Source: an uncultured Candidatus Saccharibacteria bacterium (lineage in GTDB: Bacteria; Patescibacteriota; Minisyncoccia; Phycocordibacterales; WO2-35-19). From it: a stretch of 29,797 nucleotides of DNA. The stretch lies in contig CAYQUJ010000006.1 of assembly GCA_964420745.1 (NCBI GenBank), positions 1 to 29,797 of the forward strand, in the 5' to 3' direction. The notes beneath the pieces were generated by a model. The model had not been told where the DNA came from. It ran no database searches and saw nothing but the letters and a program-made list of their open reading frames with translations. The position numbers were made by a program, and so were the translations under genes. Position 1 is the first letter of the stretch. Each line of letters begins with the position of its first letter. Of this stretch, positions 26,779 to 29,797 are shown piece after piece.

Positions 26779-26787
26779 ATTATATCA
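26779..26787 (-). promoter_or_regulatory. Extended -10 promoter, leaderless spacing
   Basis: TGATATAAT followed by 7 nt and then ATG 26771. Confidence 0.7.
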
Positions 26788-26791
26788 CAAA

Positions 26792-26833
26792 CGACCTCAT
26801 CCCCAACCCTTCCCCTTGCGAAGGGGAAGGGAG
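26792..26833 (+). repeat. Palindromic repeat A (leader plus 11-bp hairpin)
   Basis: cgacctcatccccaa-cccttcccctt-gcg-aaggggaaggg-ag; exact reverse complement of 28194-28235. Confidence 0.92.
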
Positions 26834-26877
26834 AAAGAAAAAACAAAAGAAGGACTATCGCTGTATCAACGATGGTT

Positions 26878-26917
26878 CCCCTCTCCTAAATCTAGGAGAG
26901 GGGTAAGGGGGGAGGTC
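26878..26917 (-). repeat. Palindromic repeat B (leader plus 11-bp hairpin), inverted relative to A
   Basis: Minus strand gacctcccccctta-cccctctccta-gatt-taggagagggg; overlaps the hydrolase TGA stop. Confidence 0.88.
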
Positions 26918-28097
26918 AGGGAAGCAATGCTCCTTTGGTGTACGTATTCGCCGGGTCCCAAAGCATCCATGAAGTTAGACCGGAATCGTAAGTGGCTTGG
27001 ATTTGCTTTCGCACCATTTCGGCCGTGTAATGGACTGGGTAGTCATTGTCTTGGAGCCAAGGTCTGAGTTGGAGCGGATTTATTCTTTTGAGCACCGGAG
27101 CGTTGGGAGTGCTTGTAGCAACTTCTTGGTACAAAAATTTATCTCTAGCCACCGCAGAACTCATGCTAAACTTCACTATTTCATACGGCACTTTGTTTGG
27201 ATCAGGCCAACCGTTGAAGGCGGGCGGGTAGTGCGAGGGGTAAACCATAGGCATAACATAATCAAAATTCAAAAGCGCGTATTCCAAAACCTGGCCGATC
27301 CCCAAATCGTCGGTGTTGGTGGTAGTCATGCCAAAAAGATCGGCTGAAGTAATTACGCCGGTGCTTTTTACTTTTTGGTCAAAATATTCAAAAAATTTTC
27401 TAAGCATCTCTTTCTTGGTAGTGGTGCCAGCATGAGCAAAATAAATATCCTTCATGTTGCCGTCCGAAGGGTAGCGGATATAATCCAAATTTATTTCATC
27501 AAAGCCGATGGTGTAGGAAGATGTAGCGATGGCAACTATATAATCCCAAAAGGGCTTGGCCCCCACATCTACAAACGAAAGCCCTTTTCTGTCTTTCCAA
27601 ACCGCCGACTTATCACTAAGTTTTTTGACTGCCAATTCTGGATGAACTTTGGTATAAAGCGGGTCTTGAAAAACGGTGACCCGCCCGGCCACATAAATAT
27701 TTTTGTCATGCAGTTCCTCTATAAACTCCGGCATATCGGAAACTTTGCAGCCTGTTCCGCCTAATTTATCAATTTCGTTATTGCCGGTTTTAAAGGCCAC
27801 GGTGCCGGTATAATCTTTGATATCAATTACGACCGCGTTCAATTCCGTTTCTTCTATCAACTTAACCAGTTTTTCCCTAAAGCTCGGCATGCCGGCGACG
27901 CATTGGGTCATGTAAATGCCTTTGAGTGGCTCCGGGGTTTTCAAATGTTTTACCGCTTTTTTTTCAACTATTTTCGGAGTTGTGGTGGCTAAAGAATTAT
28001 CGTAAGAAACTTCTGAAGAAAAAGTGAAAGAGGAAACAAAAAAAAGCAGAGCCGTGCTGCCAATGCCTAAGCTTAATATTTTGGCGGTTTTTTTCAT
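26916..28097 (-). CDS. Putative glycoside hydrolase (DUF4015/GHL13-like, TIM barrel) with an N-terminal membrane anchor
   Basis: KGIYMT, NAVVIDIKD..G, GRVTVFQDP, FDEINLDYIRYPSDG, SADLFG, IGQ, PMVYPSHY, RPWLQD, WMLWDPANTY. Confidence 0.85.
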   Translation of the reverse strand: MKKTAKILSLGIGSTALLFFVSSFTFSSEVSYDNSLATTTPKIVEKKAVKHLKTPEPLKGIYMTQCVAGMPSFREKLVKLIEETELNAVVIDIKDYTGTVAFKTGNNEIDKLGGTGCKVSDMPEFIEELHDKNIYVAGRVTVFQDPLYTKVHPELAVKKLSDKSAVWKDRKGLSFVDVGAKPFWDYIVAIATSSYTIGFDEINLDYIRYPSDGNMKDIYFAHAGTTTKKEMLRKFFEYFDQKVKSTGVITSADLFGMTTTNTDDLGIGQVLEYALLNFDYVMPMVYPSHYPPAFNGWPDPNKVPYEIVKFSMSSAVARDKFLYQEVATSTPNAPVLKRINPLQLRPWLQDNDYPVHYTAEMVRKQIQATYDSGLTSWMLWDPANTYTKGALLP

Positions 28098-28115
28098 TTT
28101 TTTATTCTTTTCAAA

Positions 28116-28161
28116 ACCCCACCCCTCACTGCGTGTGGCCCTCCCCTTGATCAGGGGAGGG
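28116..28161 (+). repeat. Palindromic repeat C (leader with mini-hairpin plus 9-bp hairpin)
   Basis: accccacccct-cac-tgcgt-gtg-g-ccctcccct-tgatc-aggggaggg; spans the stop codon of the small membrane protein. Confidence 0.82.
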
Positions 28162-28419
28162 AAAATCAGAAAACTTTAGATCTTCCCTTTCTCCTCCCTT
28201 CCCCTTCGCAAGGGGAAGGGTTGGGGATGAGGTCGATTCTTTAAAATTTTTTTTCTTTGTTTTCGGTTGCAATTTTTTCAAAATAGTCGGTCCCAAAGAA
28301 ACCAGTATAAAAAATATTCCCGAGAGCAGGACCAGAGTATCTCTCCAAGCTATCGGCACGCCAAGCAGTGGGATAATAACAAGCCAAACTCCGAAAGAAA
28401 TATAAAAATTATTTTTCAT
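28126..28419 (-). CDS. Small two-TM hypothetical membrane protein with a repeat-derived C-tail
   Basis: MKNNFYISFGVWLVIIPLLGVPIAWRDTLVLLSGIFFILVSLG, a Lys-rich linker, then PTLPLAKGKG and PSPDQGEG encoded by repeats D and C. ATG at 28419 lies 6 nt after TATACT; the track extension to 28509 translates a terminator. Confidence 0.75.
   Translation of the reverse strand: MKNNFYISFGVWLVIIPLLGVPIAWRDTLVLLSGIFFILVSLGPTILKKLQPKTKKKNFKESTSSPTLPLAKGKGGEREDLKFSDFPSPDQGEGHTQ
28194..28235 (-). repeat. Palindromic repeat D, identical to A over 42 bp and in the opposite orientation
   Basis: Direct base-by-base comparison with 26792-26833. Confidence 0.92.
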
Positions 28420-28425
28420 GCTTAT

Positions 28426-28431
28426 AGTATA
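28426..28431 (-). promoter_or_regulatory. Candidate -10 element, leaderless spacing
   Basis: TATACT followed by 6 nt and then ATG 28419; no clear -35. Confidence 0.45.
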
Positions 28432-28454
28432 AAGGAGTGAATGAAAAAAACAAA

Positions 28455-28492
28455 ATGGTAAAGGCCCTACACCTTTGGTAGATGTAGGGCCT
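28455..28492 (-). terminator. Intrinsic terminator downstream of the GC-rich orphan gene
   Basis: 10-bp stem AGGCCCTACA / TGTAGGGCCT (28462-28471, 28483-28492) followed on the minus strand by a T-rich tail. Confidence 0.72.
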
Positions 28493-28551
28493 GCGGGCGC
28501 TTGTCCCATGGCTCCGATAGGAGCTTTACGGGATGGCCCAAGAGCGAAGAA

Positions 28552-29679
28552 CTAGTTGACTCGTACGGCATGAGCGAAGGCCGAGGCCGAGGCCTTAGCG
28601 TTCGCCGCAACCGTGTTGATCCGATCGGCCTCGGCGACGGTATGACCGTTGCCCACCGGCAATTGACTCCGGAGTGCTTTGAGAGCTTCCACTCCCCTAG
28701 CGGCTCCGTTTTCAACCGTCTCAGTGGCCGAGGCTTGCTCATCAAGATCGTCATCGAAAACGATCGACTTGAAAGCACTGATGACATCGTCCGGTCCCCC
28801 AACCAACTCGGCCGTTCGAATGAGCTTCTTAACCCGACCGATCTCGTGATCGTTGAGACCATCTTCTTGCCGATCATCGATCGCGTCCACGGCATTTGCC
28901 AGGGTAAGGCACGATATCCTCAACCCGCGAGGCATGGGTTTGCCGTCGCCCACTTCCGACAATTGAGCCGAGATCTGGACGAATAGGCCGTCCTGACCGA
29001 ACACAGTCTCGGAGAGAAATTCGATAGGTACTACATCGAAGATCTTAGTCGCGACTTCCTCGCCAAACAGCGGAAGGTGGACGCGAGCCGCCTTCTTCAC
29101 CGCCTCAAGAAGAATCTGCCACTGACTCTCAGAAAAAGAGTCGGTGCCTGACTCCACGATGGACGCGATGAAGCCCGCAGTCTCGGGCACCCTGATGGTT
29201 TTACCAGAGACAAACCTCTGAAGAATCGAGAAGAGCGTATTACGTTTCTCCTCCGGACTCTTCTCTGCTGTGATGGTGCGGGCCGGAACAGTTGCCGGCA
29301 CAGTAGCCGGAACCGGAGCGGGTTTCGCTGGCGTCGGAGCCGGAGCAACCGCAACGGCCGGTTTGGCCGGCGGAGCAACAGCTGCCGGGACCATCTTGAT
29401 CGGGAACTCAATCGGCGCCGACTCGGTCGACGCGAACAACTTGCCGATTGCTTCCGGAACCTCGGTGCCCTTGCCACCGTAGTGGCAAGTGATCAGAAGT
29501 CCGAGAAGACGGATCTCCTCGTTCATGTTGAAGCCGTGCATAACAGTGACCGCCGCCTTCACCATGACGGTGAGAATAGCGTCGTCTGTCGTCGCCTTTT
29601 CCATCTTGGCGACGACGTTCTTGACAAGACTTTCGACGAAGGCCTTTACCTTCGCCGTCAGGAAATTTACGAGTTTCAT
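28552..29679 (-). CDS. Hypothetical protein with a central Pro/Ala/Val-rich linker
   Basis: 375-aa ORF, SD AAGGAG at 29693-29688 (8-nt spacer), downstream terminator, strong C/G third-position bias. No family recognised. Confidence 0.75.
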   Translation of the reverse strand: MKLVNFLTAKVKAFVESLVKNVVAKMEKATTDDAILTVMVKAAVTVMHGFNMNEEIRLLGLLITCHYGGKGTEVPEAIGKLFASTESAPIEFPIKMVPAAVAPPAKPAVAVAPAPTPAKPAPVPATVPATVPARTITAEKSPEEKRNTLFSILQRFVSGKTIRVPETAGFIASIVESGTDSFSESQWQILLEAVKKAARVHLPLFGEEVATKIFDVVPIEFLSETVFGQDGLFVQISAQLSEVGDGKPMPRGLRISCLTLANAVDAIDDRQEDGLNDHEIGRVKKLIRTAELVGGPDDVISAFKSIVFDDDLDEQASATETVENGAARGVEALKALRSQLPVGNGHTVAEADRINTVAANAKASASAFAHAVRVN

Positions 29680-29797
29680 TTTCTTTTCTCCTTAAAACAA
29701 GTCAAAAATCTGTGAATTCGCGCGTTGGTATTATCCAAACGCAAAGATCTAGATACCTTTAAATACGAACTTTGGATACTATGTTTGTATGGCGAAA

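Noticed and set aside
26772-26846. N-terminal extension MFFLSPFPFARGRVGDEV of the ATPase
   Set aside because: It is translated repeat A; an extended -10 sits 7 nt before ATG 26771.
26792-28235. CRISPR array or composite transposon
   Set aside because: The repeats are inverted and irregularly spaced; no cas or transposase gene and no target-site duplication was identified.
28420-28509. N-terminal extension of the small membrane protein
   Set aside because: It translates the terminator hairpin and promoter region.
28467-29695. Several overlapping ORFs of 68-161 aa around the orphan gene
   Set aside because: Expected in GC-rich, codon-biased DNA; only the 375-aa frame has an SD and a terminator.

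Overview
This window is a bacterial cell-surface glycosylation locus, mostly on the minus strand. The gene repertoire (VirD4/TraG-like ATPase, DUF4015-type hydrolase, several GT-C proteins, short or absent 5' leaders) suggests Patescibacteria/Parcubacteria (CPR); that assignment is an inference. In transcription order (right to left) it holds a GC-rich orphan protein, a small two-TM protein, a DUF4015-like glycoside hydrolase, a VirD4/TraG-like ATPase and about 24 kb of glycan genes. The glycan genes are six GT4 enzymes (one fused to a GtrA domain), two DPM-synthase-like GT2s, three GT-C-like multipass proteins, three SAM methyltransferases, rmlC plus an extended SDR, a rearranged fnlA-fnlC-fnlB (UDP-L-FucNAc) set, a NodB deacetylase and a Fem/GNAT-like acyltransferase. 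The run ends in a secreted Gly-rich, tail-fibre-like protein that the ORF track missed because it runs off the window. Three antisense genes interrupt the cluster: two DUF218/YdcF-like genes, each followed by a hairpin, and a ferredoxin. The most unusual sequence-level signals are four related purine/pyrimidine hairpin repeats in two ~120-bp head-out doublets around the hydrolase gene (including a perfect 42-bp inverted pair) and two heptamer arrays translated inside the ATPase tail. No rRNA, tRNA, CRISPR array, transposase or recombinase was seen. All family calls come from motif recognition by eye; no searches were run. Several starts were moved downstream of the ORF-track start where a better ATG exists.
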